From: a virus
Taxonomy: Duplodnaviria > Caudoviricetes
Reading direction: 5' to 3' (one strand)
IMG/VR virus record: IMGVR_UViG_3300031993_000006
Coordinates: 160,001-224,000 of that record
DNA: 64,000 bases
Part shown: positions 30,339-38,356 of the stretch, one piece after another
Numbering within the stretch: the first letter of the stretch is position 1
How the letters are laid out: the number at the start of each line of letters is the position of its first letter
The notes under the pieces: generated by a model
Databases searched by the model: none
Seen by the model: only the letters and a program-made list of their open reading frames with translations
Told to the model about the DNA's origin: nothing
Position numbers and translations under genes: made by a program

Positions 30339-32963
30339 ATGGCACAGAAAGAACTTGGCCCGGGAAGTGAAGGGGATGCGTACCGATACACTAAGAAAGT
30401 GTTGAAGTCATTGCCGAATGCATCGAGAGTCGAACATATCTACCGTGAAATCGCGCACAACAAGGGAATCTCCTCGTGGACCCGTGCTTGCTATGAGGAA
30501 CTGAGAACGCAGGTCTTCCGTGACGGCCAGTGCAAAATCAAGTTTGCCCCGGGTGTCGCCCGAATAGCATACGGCGAGCTCGAGTTCGGTACTGGCGACG
30601 AAGACTTCCGTCAGCTGGCTGACCTTAGAGATTTTGTTAGAATTATTAGCATCGCGCACTTTGAAACATTTACCCGACATCTTGCGCTTGATGGCAAGGA
30701 ACTGTCATTCAAGGATTTGGTCGAGCGCTTCGGTAATACGGTTTCTGCCAACTGGAAGGAACTGAAGGCTGAACTGCGCAACATCAAGTATGGACCGCGC
30801 CGTTACCAGATAATCTGGCTGGATTCTTTCGCTACCGCGCACAAGTACTATGAATACACCAAGCCCCACAACTGGTGTCACTTGGGTAGCCTCAGCATGT
30901 TCCGAAGCTATTCATTCAACCGCAAGTCGTCCAAGGATGGCACTTCGCGCGTGTCCGTCGTGAAGCTTTATCTTGCTGTCCTTCCGGGATTCGAGACGAT
31001 GACCGAGGACAATCCGCTGTATGGCGAATCTATGCTCGGTATCGATATCGGGCCGGATGGCCGTCTCATCCATGTGAACAACAGGTGGAATCATTCGCAT
31101 GATAATGTTGACGACCGAAAGGGCGATAACAAGTATTCGGAGAAGGAACTTTCCGAGCTGCTCGGCGGTCCTTTCTACAAGATTTGCCCTCCGTTGACAA
31201 AGAGGGAAATGAACCACATTTCCGGCGAACTGAAGCGTCGCCGTGAAGAGGAGAACCGTGCGGCTGCTAACTGGGTTCGCGGGTTTGCCGACCGGGTTGC
31301 TAACGGTGTGCGCAGTAAGCCGGCCAAGGAAACTGAAAGTTTCGTCGATTCTCGCGATAATGTCGAATACCGTACCCGCAAGATTGGCGGGCTGCAGTGG
31401 ATGCTCGACCCGCTTTCACATATGATTATCTCTCCCATCAATACGCCGGAAAATATGGTGAAGCATAAGATGGCGGTCGCCAAAGATTGGGACGAGACGG
31501 ATAAGTTTAACGAGAAAGTTGCCAAGTTCAAAGCTGTTACGCAGGTGACCTATAACAAGGGCGAGGATAATACTGCGGACGATATCGATGAAGACTCTAC
31601 GGTTGAGACGGGCGAGATTGGGGAGGCAAAGTGGACCGAAGTGGGGGAGGAAGTGCGAACCTCGGAATCTTTATCTAGAGCCCCGTCTTATTGTCCGTTG
31701 GTATCAATGGAATCTGGCGGTCGACAGAATCTGTTCTTTGCTACGGACGTGACCAAGCTGTCCCGTGCATACCGTGGTTCGGCCGAACATATCGACCGAT
31801 ACCTTTCCGACTGCCTTGACTATCGCGAAAAGCGCTTGGCGGCGCTCAAGAAGAAGCCGGCGGAAAAACTCATGGGAGACGAGGTGAAGAAACCGTCCGT
31901 CTATAAGGATGATAACTATCTCACTGTGATGGAAAATGAACAGTGGAGCGCGGTCGAACTGATTACTCCGCTTGGATTCGAACCGTCGTCTCGTTCGGTT
32001 GAAAGCGGGTATAGAATAACTAATCAGAAAATGATTATCAACGATGTCAATCCGGGTAAGCAATTCGTGTACTACCAACCGGGCGATTTCGACAGCGTGA
32101 TTCCGGAAGGATGGCGCCTCCCCACGGTGGACGAGTTCGTTGCTATGGCGATGTCCTTTGGTGCAAAGGCGGTATTCCGTAGCAGTGTCGAATATGAGAA
32201 GGATAATTCAATTAATGTGTTCTGCCGTCTGAAAGCGGAAGATATCGTTGAAAAGGCTAGAAGGGCTCCGCATATCGAATTTTGCACGGCTGACCATCAG
32301 TTACGCCGCCGAATGTACGAAAGTGTCATTATTTCCGAAATCAAGAGGATTAGCGTAGATATCGATGATATTGTCGCACCTCCCAATACGCCGGATACAA
32401 TTGTTGTCGAGTCGAAACAGCCGGATGACCCGGATACCACTGAGCCGTTTCAGCACGACCCGACGGTTGACGATGAGCCGCAGGAAGTGATTGAAAACAT
32501 TCCTGCCGCGGTCGGGGTTAGGCTTCCGGACTTGGAGTTCGACATGGGCGATGCCGGGTTCGCTATTCCGAATTCGTCGAGTGCTCCGGCTGAGGCGGAA
32601 GACAGTGATGCCGCGGCGAAAATCCGTGACGGTGCGTTGTCGTTCACTAGATACCCGATTCTGCTGTCGCTTGCCGAAGAGTCTGACTTTGCCGATAACA
32701 AGTCGGTTAAGAAGTTTGACCGTATGTTCTATCGCTTTGACTCGGCGAAGGATGCTGTTCAGCAGCTTTACCTCGATGGTGACGAAGATGATGAGACTCG
32801 AGTGCTTGACTATAACCCGTTTCACCGGTCGACTAAGATTTTGCCTGTTCGGAAACGATATGCGTTTGCAAGGTGGGATTCCAAGCATAAGACATTCAGA
32901 ATCACGCCGTGCCAGAACGACCATAATTCGTCAAGGTATTGCCTGTTGTACGCGGTCAAGTAA
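30339..32963 (+). CDS. 874-aa multidomain protein with split FISUMP/Fib_succ_major-like motifs
   Basis: ATG after AGGA; FVDSRDNVEYRTRKIGGLQWM and IPEGWRLPTVDEF. Confidence 0.65.
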   Translation: MAQKELGPGSEGDAYRYTKKVLKSLPNASRVEHIYREIAHNKGISSWTRACYEELRTQVFRDGQCKIKFAPGVARIAYGELEFGTGDEDFRQLADLRDFVRIISIAHFETFTRHLALDGKELSFKDLVERFGNTVSANWKELKAELRNIKYGPRRYQIIWLDSFATAHKYYEYTKPHNWCHLGSLSMFRSYSFNRKSSKDGTSRVSVVKLYLAVLPGFETMTEDNPLYGESMLGIDIGPDGRLIHVNNRWNHSHDNVDDRKGDNKYSEKELSELLGGPFYKICPPLTKREMNHISGELKRRREEENRAAANWVRGFADRVANGVRSKPAKETESFVDSRDNVEYRTRKIGGLQWMLDPLSHMIISPINTPENMVKHKMAVAKDWDETDKFNEKVAKFKAVTQVTYNKGEDNTADDIDEDSTVETGEIGEAKWTEVGEEVRTSESLSRAPSYCPLVSMESGGRQNLFFATDVTKLSRAYRGSAEHIDRYLSDCLDYREKRLAALKKKPAEKLMGDEVKKPSVYKDDNYLTVMENEQWSAVELITPLGFEPSSRSVESGYRITNQKMIINDVNPGKQFVYYQPGDFDSVIPEGWRLPTVDEFVAMAMSFGAKAVFRSSVEYEKDNSINVFCRLKAEDIVEKARRAPHIEFCTADHQLRRRMYESVIISEIKRISVDIDDIVAPPNTPDTIVVESKQPDDPDTTEPFQHDPTVDDEPQEVIENIPAAVGVRLPDLEFDMGDAGFAIPNSSSAPAEAEDSDAAAKIRDGALSFTRYPILLSLAEESDFADNKSVKKFDRMFYRFDSAKDAVQQLYLDGDEDDETRVLDYNPFHRSTKILPVRKRYAFARWDSKHKTFRITPCQNDHNSSRYCLLYAVK

Positions 32964-32987
32964 TCGGCCTTTATTATCGGAGGAATA

Positions 32988-33752
32988 ATGACATCCAAAA
33001 ATCATGAGAAAATCCTTAAAATTAATGCACAGATAGAAGCGCTCGAGCGTCAGCGAGACACGTTGTTTGAAGAAGATTCTAAGCTGGAACAGAAGGCTAG
33101 GGAAGACGCTTGGAAGAAAGAAAATGATGATTGTATCAAGTTCTGGCAGACACTTGCCGGAAAGGCGTTTACCTTCGGTGAGGATATCATTAAGCATTAT
33201 TATTGGAAGCCGTTTGACAAGGCGACTGAGTACGACTATGTTAGTGTATATTTTCCGCTTAACATTGCCTATTATGATAAGTATAGGGTATCCCTTCTTT
33301 GCCGACATCTTTACACTGGCGAGCATAAAGCTATGCTGATGAATCAGAATCATATGGTTTTGAAAGTCTCTTATTTGGATGGAACATACAAGCCCTCCGA
33401 ACATGAGATTTATGAGGGTGCGGTTCATTTGTTAACTGATGATGAGCTTCAACTGGCGTTTGATTTCTGGCGGAAAAAAGCGAAGCAGTTTTTTGATGAT
33501 GAGTTCACTCGGCCGACGAATAAGCCCTGGGATTGCTCGTTTGACCCGGATAGGTTTAATCGTAGATTTGCGGGAATTGACTCTAGTGATGGGGAAGCGG
33601 TTACTAAGGCTGAACTCGACGAAGATGAAAAGTTTCGTAGGGACCGCGAAATGGTACTTTCTGCCAGGGAATATTATTATAGGGCAATCAAACAGAGTAC
33701 CTATGGAGAAATTCTTCAAGGCATAAGTGAGCGACTCGATGATATGTGTTAG
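32988..33752 (+). CDS. Hypothetical protein
   Basis: GGAGG RBS; 254 aa. Confidence 0.75.
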   Translation: MTSKNHEKILKINAQIEALERQRDTLFEEDSKLEQKAREDAWKKENDDCIKFWQTLAGKAFTFGEDIIKHYYWKPFDKATEYDYVSVYFPLNIAYYDKYRVSLLCRHLYTGEHKAMLMNQNHMVLKVSYLDGTYKPSEHEIYEGAVHLLTDDELQLAFDFWRKKAKQFFDDEFTRPTNKPWDCSFDPDRFNRRFAGIDSSDGEAVTKAELDEDEKFRRDREMVLSAREYYYRAIKQSTYGEILQGISERLDDMC

Positions 33753-33868
33753 TAGGTGCTAATTTGGTGATATAGTAAAGTTTTTTAACTTTTTTCATAA
33801 AATCCCTTGAAAATGAGAAAAACTTTACTACATTATATATAAACATTGAAGCGAAAAGGATTAAAACA

Positions 33869-34006
33869 ATGTCGAAGCAGCAATTAAATAACCGTTGTAT
33901 GTTGACAGCACTGAATGGTGCTCGTTATTTCGCATACGGTTTTTATGCATTCGCACAGTTTGCCGGTTTGGCCGGTAATGCGAATACGGAAGCTGCAACT
34001 GCATAG
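33869..34006 (+). CDS. Putative 45-aa attenuator leader peptide MSKQQLNNRCMLTALNGARYFAYGFYAFAQFAGLAGNANTEAATA
   Basis: AAGGA RBS; follows an AT-rich promoter region (TTGAAA at 33807); stops 25 nt before a terminator. Confidence 0.75.
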   Translation: MSKQQLNNRCMLTALNGARYFAYGFYAFAQFAGLAGNANTEAATA

Positions 34007-34063
34007 TGAGTCTTTTAAGTGGTTCAAAGACAGGCGGTTGCAGAAAAGCAACCGCCTTTCTTT
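33993..34063 (+). terminator. Attenuator: terminator with mutually exclusive antiterminator
   Basis: Terminator AGGCGGTTGC-AGAAAA-GCAACCGCCT-TTCTTT (34032-34063). CTGCAACTGC (33993-34002) can pair 10 bp with GCGGTTGCAG (34034-34043). Confidence 0.8.
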
Positions 34064-34067
34064 ATTA

Positions 34068-34140
34068 GCCGAGATAGCCAAGATGGTCACGGCGCCTGAC
34101 TGAAAATCAGGAGATTGTGGTTCGAGTCCGCATCTCGGCA
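34068..34140 (+). tRNA. tRNA-Phe(GAA)
   Basis: CCTGA-CTGAAAA-TCAGG; cloverleaf. Confidence 0.93.
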
Positions 34141-34153
34141 TAGATTATAATAT

Positions 34154-34228
34154 GGGCCTTTAGCTCAGCTTTGGAAGAGCGCCTGCTTTGCAAGCAGGAG
34201 GCCACCGGTTCGAGCCCGGTAGGGTCCA
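34154..34228 (+). tRNA. tRNA-Ala(TGC)
   Basis: CCTGC-TTTGCAA-GCAGG; G3:U70. Confidence 0.95.
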
Positions 34229-34241
34229 CTATAAATTTTGA

Positions 34242-34317
34242 GGGCTGTTAGCTCAGTTTTTGGTAGAGCGCCTGCATGGCATGCAGGAGGTCACCGGTTC
34301 GAACCCGGTATGGTCCA
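34242..34317 (+). tRNA. tRNA-Ala(GGC)
   Basis: CCTGC-ATGGCAT-GCAGG; G3:U70. Confidence 0.95.
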
Positions 34318-34321
34318 TTAA

Positions 34322-34404
34322 GCCGGTGTGTGCAGAGTGGCAATTGCAGCGGTCTGTAAAACCGCCGCCTAATGGCTTCGTAGGTTCGAGTCCTTCCGCC
34401 GGCA
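34322..34404 (+). tRNA. tRNA-Tyr(GTA)
   Basis: GCGGT-CTGTAAA-ACCGC; long variable arm. Confidence 0.93.
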
Positions 34405-34418
34405 TAATTATTTTGTTT

Positions 34419-34493
34419 GGGCCTTTAGCTCAGTTTTGGTAGAGCGTTCGCTTCGCATGCGAGAGGTCACCGGTTCGATTCCGGTAGGGTCCA
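34419..34493 (+). tRNA. tRNA-Ala(CGC)
   Basis: TTCGC-TTCGCAT-GCGAG; G3:U70. Confidence 0.93.
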
Positions 34494-34507
34494 CTATATA
34501 AATTCAT

Positions 34508-34626
34508 GGGCTTCAAATACAGATGGGTTCTGTGTGACAAGAGGATGAATTCCCGGCAAGTCGAGACAAAGGGCGATACTGCCGGGGCTCAAGCGCACGG
34601 GTCTGGTTCGAATCCAGGGGGGTCCA
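34508..34626 (+). ncRNA. 119-nt Ala-acceptor tRNA-like RNA resembling a tmRNA tRNA-like domain with no mRNA domain
   Basis: Acceptor GGGCTTC/GGGGTCC-A with G3:U70; no D-stem; T-arm TCTGG-TTCGAAT-CCAGG; a long irregular helix replaces the anticodon arm. Confidence 0.65.
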
Positions 34627-34658
34627 CTAGGTAGCCTTTGGTTACAAACAAATTATTT

Positions 34659-34731
34659 TCCACCTTAGCTCAGTTGGTAGAGCGTTCGCCTGTTAAGCGA
34701 AGGGTCCCTGGTTCGAGTCCAGGAGGTGGAG
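34659..34731 (+). tRNA. tRNA-Asn(GTT)
   Basis: TTCGC-CTGTTAA-GCGAA. Confidence 0.95.
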
Positions 34732-34746
34732 CTAAGAACAAATTAA

Positions 34747-34817
34747 TGGGGTGTGGTGTAACGGTAGCACCGCAGATTCTGAATCTGCTAGTTTTGGTTC
34801 GAGCCCAGGCGCCCCAA
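34747..34817 (+). tRNA. tRNA-Gln(CTG)
   Basis: GCAGA-TTCTGAA-TCTGC. Confidence 0.93.
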
Positions 34818-34822
34818 TAACT

Positions 34823-34902
34823 GCCGTGGTGGCGGAATAGGTAGACGCGATGCTCTCAAAAAGCATTTCGAAAGAGTGACAGTTCGAGTCTGTCCCACGG
34901 CA
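34823..34902 (+). tRNA. tRNA-Leu(CAA)
   Basis: ATGCT-CTCAAAA-AGCAT; variable arm. Confidence 0.93.
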
Positions 34903-34909
34903 CTAAACT

Positions 34910-34992
34910 CGGTTGGTGATGGAAGGGTAGACATAGGGTACTTAAAATCCCCCGGGAGCAACCCCGTGCGGGTCCGAGTCCCGCCCTGCCGA
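34910..34992 (+). tRNA. tRNA-Leu(TAA), somewhat divergent
   Basis: Loop CTTAAAA; single mismatches in the acceptor and anticodon stems; T-loop TCCGAGT. Confidence 0.78.
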
Positions 34993-35049
34993 CGGGACTA
35001 TGGAGGAACTATGGATAATGATTCTATTGTATCTGGACAACCGGGATTC

Positions 35050-35120
35050 TGGGCTGTAGTGTAATGGTAGCACTATAGATTTTGAATCTATTGGTCCAGG
35101 TTCGAACCCCGGCAGTCCAA
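35050..35120 (+). tRNA. tRNA-Gln(TTG)
   Basis: ATAGA-TTTTGAA-TCTAT. Confidence 0.92.
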
Positions 35121-35128
35121 TAAATTAT

Positions 35129-35200
35129 GGTGTGTTAGCCAAGTGGGAAGGCGGCGGTCTGCAAAACCGCCATGACCCGGTTCGATTCCGGGGTACACCT
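35129..35200 (+). tRNA. tRNA-Cys(GCA)
   Basis: GCGGT-CTGCAAA-ACCGC; U73. Confidence 0.93.
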
Positions 35201-35289
35201 CGAAACTTTTTGGCAAAAACCTCCCTCTGGGAATCAAGTTTTTTTTGCTATATTTGTAATATCAGGAGTTAGTAAAGCCGTAGTAAAAT

Positions 35290-36606
35290 CTATGGTTTAG
35301 TTTTTATCGAATCCGGGACTCCGAGCTCCGAACCATCCAACCGGAACAGTCCGGAAGTCAACCAGAAGAAGCCTTCTTTCTTGCTCAGGTTGGACAACAC
35401 ATCGCATCGAGGTATGGCGGGAAGGTCCGCTTCATGGTTTCTGGCGGCATTGATGTCGGCATCAATAACGAGGCCGCAATGCGGACAGATGTATTCCTTT
35501 CCCTTCCTAGATGCTTTGTGCACGAGGCCGCAATCTGAACACCGTTGAGAGCGATACGCGGAAGCCTGAAGCTGAACACGGACCCCGCGTTCCTCGCATT
35601 TCATCATGAGCGTATCTCGGATGATTGGATTGGACCAATGGCTCATCAGACGACTGGATTTCTGCTGATATCGGATATTAACGACATCCTCCAGTCCTAT
35701 TTCCTTCACTCCGTCGAGATTGAGCCGTTTCATGGCGAAGTTGACATAGTTCTTCCTTTCTTCTACAGCCTTCTTGAACGCCTTGGAACCCTTTTTCTTT
35801 TTGGACATCTTGTCCATTATGGTCATCAGGTTTATGGTCAGTTTACGGCCGGGACTCCCTTTCTTTGGCGCATTTACTATCAGGTCTGGTGTCACGTTTC
35901 CGTTGGACAGTGATATGGTGGTCTTTGCGCCCTGGTCGGCACCGATTTTGACACCATCATCTCGCAATGGAACATCCTTCTGCCAACGGAGCTGTATACC
36001 GTACTCGTCTATGAGGTATCCGTTGCACCGGGTCCATGTTCCGTCAAGGAACCTGTCAAGATGTCTATGCCGGCATACCGGAAGCTTGATGTGCTCGCCA
36101 CCGGTGCATTTCAGTCGGACATATCCATAGAAATATCCATCTTCGGTCAGTTCGAAATCAGCACATTTGCTGGATACTTCGATACCGGCATCGGATAAGT
36201 CTGGCTTACGTGGAATCGAAGATTCTATCTTGTCCCATAGCCGTTCGTTATATTTCCCTTCGCCGGCGAGCTTGTCGAACATCGCGACACGCTTTGCTTC
36301 CTTGGACAACACTGCGCGGAGCTTGCCGCACAGTTGGTTGGTCAGTGAATTCAGCATACGGGCACTTAACCATGTATCAACATCAAAATGATTGTAGTCA
36401 AGGTATTTTGGAAGTGCGAACTTGAACTTTGTAATGTTGAATTCATGCTCGATGCCATCTTCATACCATATGTATCCGTTCAACCACATGTCATCGCACA
36501 GCAATTGCATCACGCGACGCCATTCCGCAAGCAGAACTGACAGTTCATTCTGTTTGCACTGGTTTGCGTACTTGCTTATGATGTGATTGGTCGAACGAGT
36601 AAACAT
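35290..36606 (-). CDS. tnpB: IS607-associated TnpB
   Basis: IGADQG, IGLEDV, YRSQRCSDCG, CPHCG, DADINAARN; RuvC D-E-D intact. Confidence 0.9.
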   Translation of the reverse strand: MFTRSTNHIISKYANQCKQNELSVLLAEWRRVMQLLCDDMWLNGYIWYEDGIEHEFNITKFKFALPKYLDYNHFDVDTWLSARMLNSLTNQLCGKLRAVLSKEAKRVAMFDKLAGEGKYNERLWDKIESSIPRKPDLSDAGIEVSSKCADFELTEDGYFYGYVRLKCTGGEHIKLPVCRHRHLDRFLDGTWTRCNGYLIDEYGIQLRWQKDVPLRDDGVKIGADQGAKTTISLSNGNVTPDLIVNAPKKGSPGRKLTINLMTIMDKMSKKKKGSKAFKKAVEERKNYVNFAMKRLNLDGVKEIGLEDVVNIRYQQKSSRLMSHWSNPIIRDTLMMKCEERGVRVQLQASAYRSQRCSDCGLVHKASRKGKEYICPHCGLVIDADINAARNHEADLPAIPRCDVLSNLSKKEGFFWLTSGLFRLDGSELGVPDSIKTKP

Positions 36607-36608
36607 GA

Positions 36609-37196
36609 CTATTCTTCCTTGGCCTCCAGGGCTTCCTTCATCTTCTTGGCCTTATTCTGCCCGCGGCGTGCTCCGTATAGGCGACAGCAGAAACTTGTAA
36701 CTATGGCTATCATGTCTTTTATAATATCCTGCTCGTTTGTATCATTGGGATACATCACATCGACAGTACAGTTCAACCTTGATAGCAACCGTTCTATATA
36801 GTTAAACCCAAACCGAGTTAATCGGTCGCGGTTCTCGCAAATTACCGTCGTCGGGTTGCTTGAAATCATTTCCCAGAACTTTGGACGGTTGTCATTCATC
36901 CCCGATGCAATTTCCTTGTATATGGCGGCAACCTTGTATCCGTTCTTCGCGGCATAATCCTTGCACCGTTCTACTTGTCTTTCAAGGTCATCCTTCTTGT
37001 CATGGGTACTTACGCGAGTATAGATGACTACCCGTTCTTCCTTGACTAACGGATTGGCTATGTCCATGTCGACATAGATACTCTTGGTATCTGGGTCCTG
37101 AAAAGCACCCGGTATCTTTCCGGCATGGAACTTGTCGTTTGCCGTCTGGTAGCTCATGCCGTTTTCCTTGGCGTATTTGGATAACTTTACTTTCAT
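36609..37196 (-). CDS. tnpA: IS607 serine-recombinase transposase
   Basis: N-terminal HTH; IYTRVST, LERQ, EIASG, DRLTRFG, SFCCRLYG. Confidence 0.95.
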   Translation of the reverse strand: MKVKLSKYAKENGMSYQTANDKFHAGKIPGAFQDPDTKSIYVDMDIANPLVKEERVVIYTRVSTHDKKDDLERQVERCKDYAAKNGYKVAAIYKEIASGMNDNRPKFWEMISSNPTTVICENRDRLTRFGFNYIERLLSRLNCTVDVMYPNDTNEQDIIKDMIAIVTSFCCRLYGARRGQNKAKKMKEALEAKEE

Positions 37197-37438
37197 TTCT
37201 ATACCCAGTTTATATTTCCTACCATAGAAATTATCTCATATTTACATCATATAATGCATTGTTGTATTATTTTTTACTATATTTCTAGTATTATGATGAA
37301 GGACGATATATGGCATCTCACGGGAACCTCCCGGAAATCCTAAAGAAAACTTACGGAAACGAGTTGACAGGGTTTGAAAATTTGCTATATTTGAGTCAGC
37401 GGGGAATCCACCGAGGTTCCCGAGAAGTTTGACAAGAT

Positions 37439-37629
37439 GGCTGCGATGCCTTCCATATTCAGGTTAAATATGGCGTTGGGTACGATATCCCCGTGCCTGA
37501 ATTATTCAGGTGGCATTTTGGGAGCTTTACGAAACTCCACCGTGCCGTCCGGGAGACGGACGAAGCAGTGCCGAATGTGCATTGCAGGATACCCTTAGTG
37601 GAATAGTGAACACGCGCGGGGTCGCAGCC
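37439..37629 (+). ncRNA. Unclassified structured RNA of about 190 nt
   Basis: Closing helix GGCTGCGAT/GTCGCAGCC; nested GGGTA/TACCC, GGCATT/AGTGCC and CCATATT/AATATGG; follows the promoter at 37364-37393. Confidence 0.55.
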
Positions 37630-37670
37630 GCGAGATATCGCCTGCTCAGGGCGGTAGGGGAATTAAAACC

Positions 37671-37787
37671 GGCGTGATGCTGGCCTACTTGGAACCAATA
37701 CGGATGTTTTTGCCTTTTATCCTGGCTGTTTTACATCCGTCTCCTTTTGGTTGTATCGAACTTACTCCAAGTAGTCCAGCGTCCGCC
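37671..37787 (+). ncRNA. Long hairpin RNA with pyrimidine-rich loop and CUCCUUUU bulge
   Basis: TGCTGG-C-CTACTTGGA/TCCAAGTAG-T-CCAGCG and ACGGATGT/ACATCCGT. Confidence 0.55.
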
Positions 37788-37794
37788 TAGTGTT

Positions 37795-37896
37795 TGGATG
37801 CAATTTGGCGTCCGTTAAAAGGATGGTCAAATGTGCGTGAGCTACACGTCCATTTGTAGTCTCGAGAGGGACGACAAAACGCGCGCATTGCATCCA
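37795..37896 (+). ncRNA. Closed multibranch RNA of about 100 nt
   Basis: TGGATGCAAT/ATTGCATCCA closing stem; internal GAGA tetraloop hairpin. Confidence 0.5.
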
Positions 37897-37899
37897 TTA

Positions 37900-37988
37900 G
37901 CCAGCGAACGGTGTAGCTCAGCGAGGTAGAGCGGGGGAGGAAATATCCCAGGGTCGCCGGTTCGATTCCGGTCACCTTGTAGCTGGCA
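37900..37988 (+). ncRNA. tRNA mimic with extended, interrupted acceptor stem and non-canonical anticodon loop
   Basis: Intact D arm and T arm (GCCGG-TTCGATT-CCGGT). Acceptor GGTG/CACC, then an internal loop, then GCCAGC/GCTGGC. Loop GGAAATA. Confidence 0.65.
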
Positions 37989-38001
37989 AGCCTTTTATTA
38001 T

Positions 38002-38075
38002 CGCGGGGTGGAGCAGTTGGTAGCTCGTCGGGCCCATAACCCGAAGGTCGCGGCGTTCGAGTCCCGCTCCCGCTA
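38002..38075 (+). tRNA. Initiator tRNA-fMet(CAT), C33 variant
   Basis: C1:U72 mismatch; three G-C pairs in TCGGG-CCCATAA-CCCGA; bulged base in the T stem. Confidence 0.88.
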
Positions 38076-38178
38076 CGAAACCCAAACACCCAAATACACC
38101 CACGGCGAATCCTCGGAATCGCCCGCAGTGTTCATGGCCCGGGCCATGGATAATCCCCGGGGAAATTTTGATATGGAA

Positions 38179-38253
38179 GGAGTCATAGCTCAATTTGGTT
38201 AGAGCACCGGCCTGTCACGCCGGAGGTTACCGGTTCAAGTCCGGTTGGCTTCG
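38179..38253 (+). tRNA. tRNA-Asp(GTC)
   Basis: CCGGC-CTGTCAC-GCCGG; G73. Confidence 0.95.
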
Positions 38254-38256
38254 CTA

Positions 38257-38356
38257 AGCGATACCGCTTTATGTTCTTTTGGATGGATAATCATGGCGTC
38301 GACTCACCTCTTCGTTTTGACCTCCTTTTTGGCTTTCTGCAGCGAGCGGTATCGTT
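38257..38356 (+). ncRNA. Hairpin RNA with anti-Shine-Dalgarno-like loop
   Basis: 12-bp stem AGCGATACCGCT/AGCGGTATCGTT enclosing TCACCTC and ACCTCCTTTT. Confidence 0.55.

Larger units (their letters stand above)
35278..37290 (-). mobile_element. IS607-family element (tnpA + tnpB); left boundary approximate
   Basis: Serine-recombinase tnpA abutting tnpB. The right end is inferred at ...TTTTACTACGG (minus, 35278). The AT-rich left end carries TTTTACTA, inverted relative to the right end. Confidence 0.8.

Noticed and set aside
35011-35064. Tiny ORF MDNDSIVSGQPGFWAVV with GGAGG RBS
   Set aside because: It runs into tRNA-Gln; probably a gene remnant with no other support.
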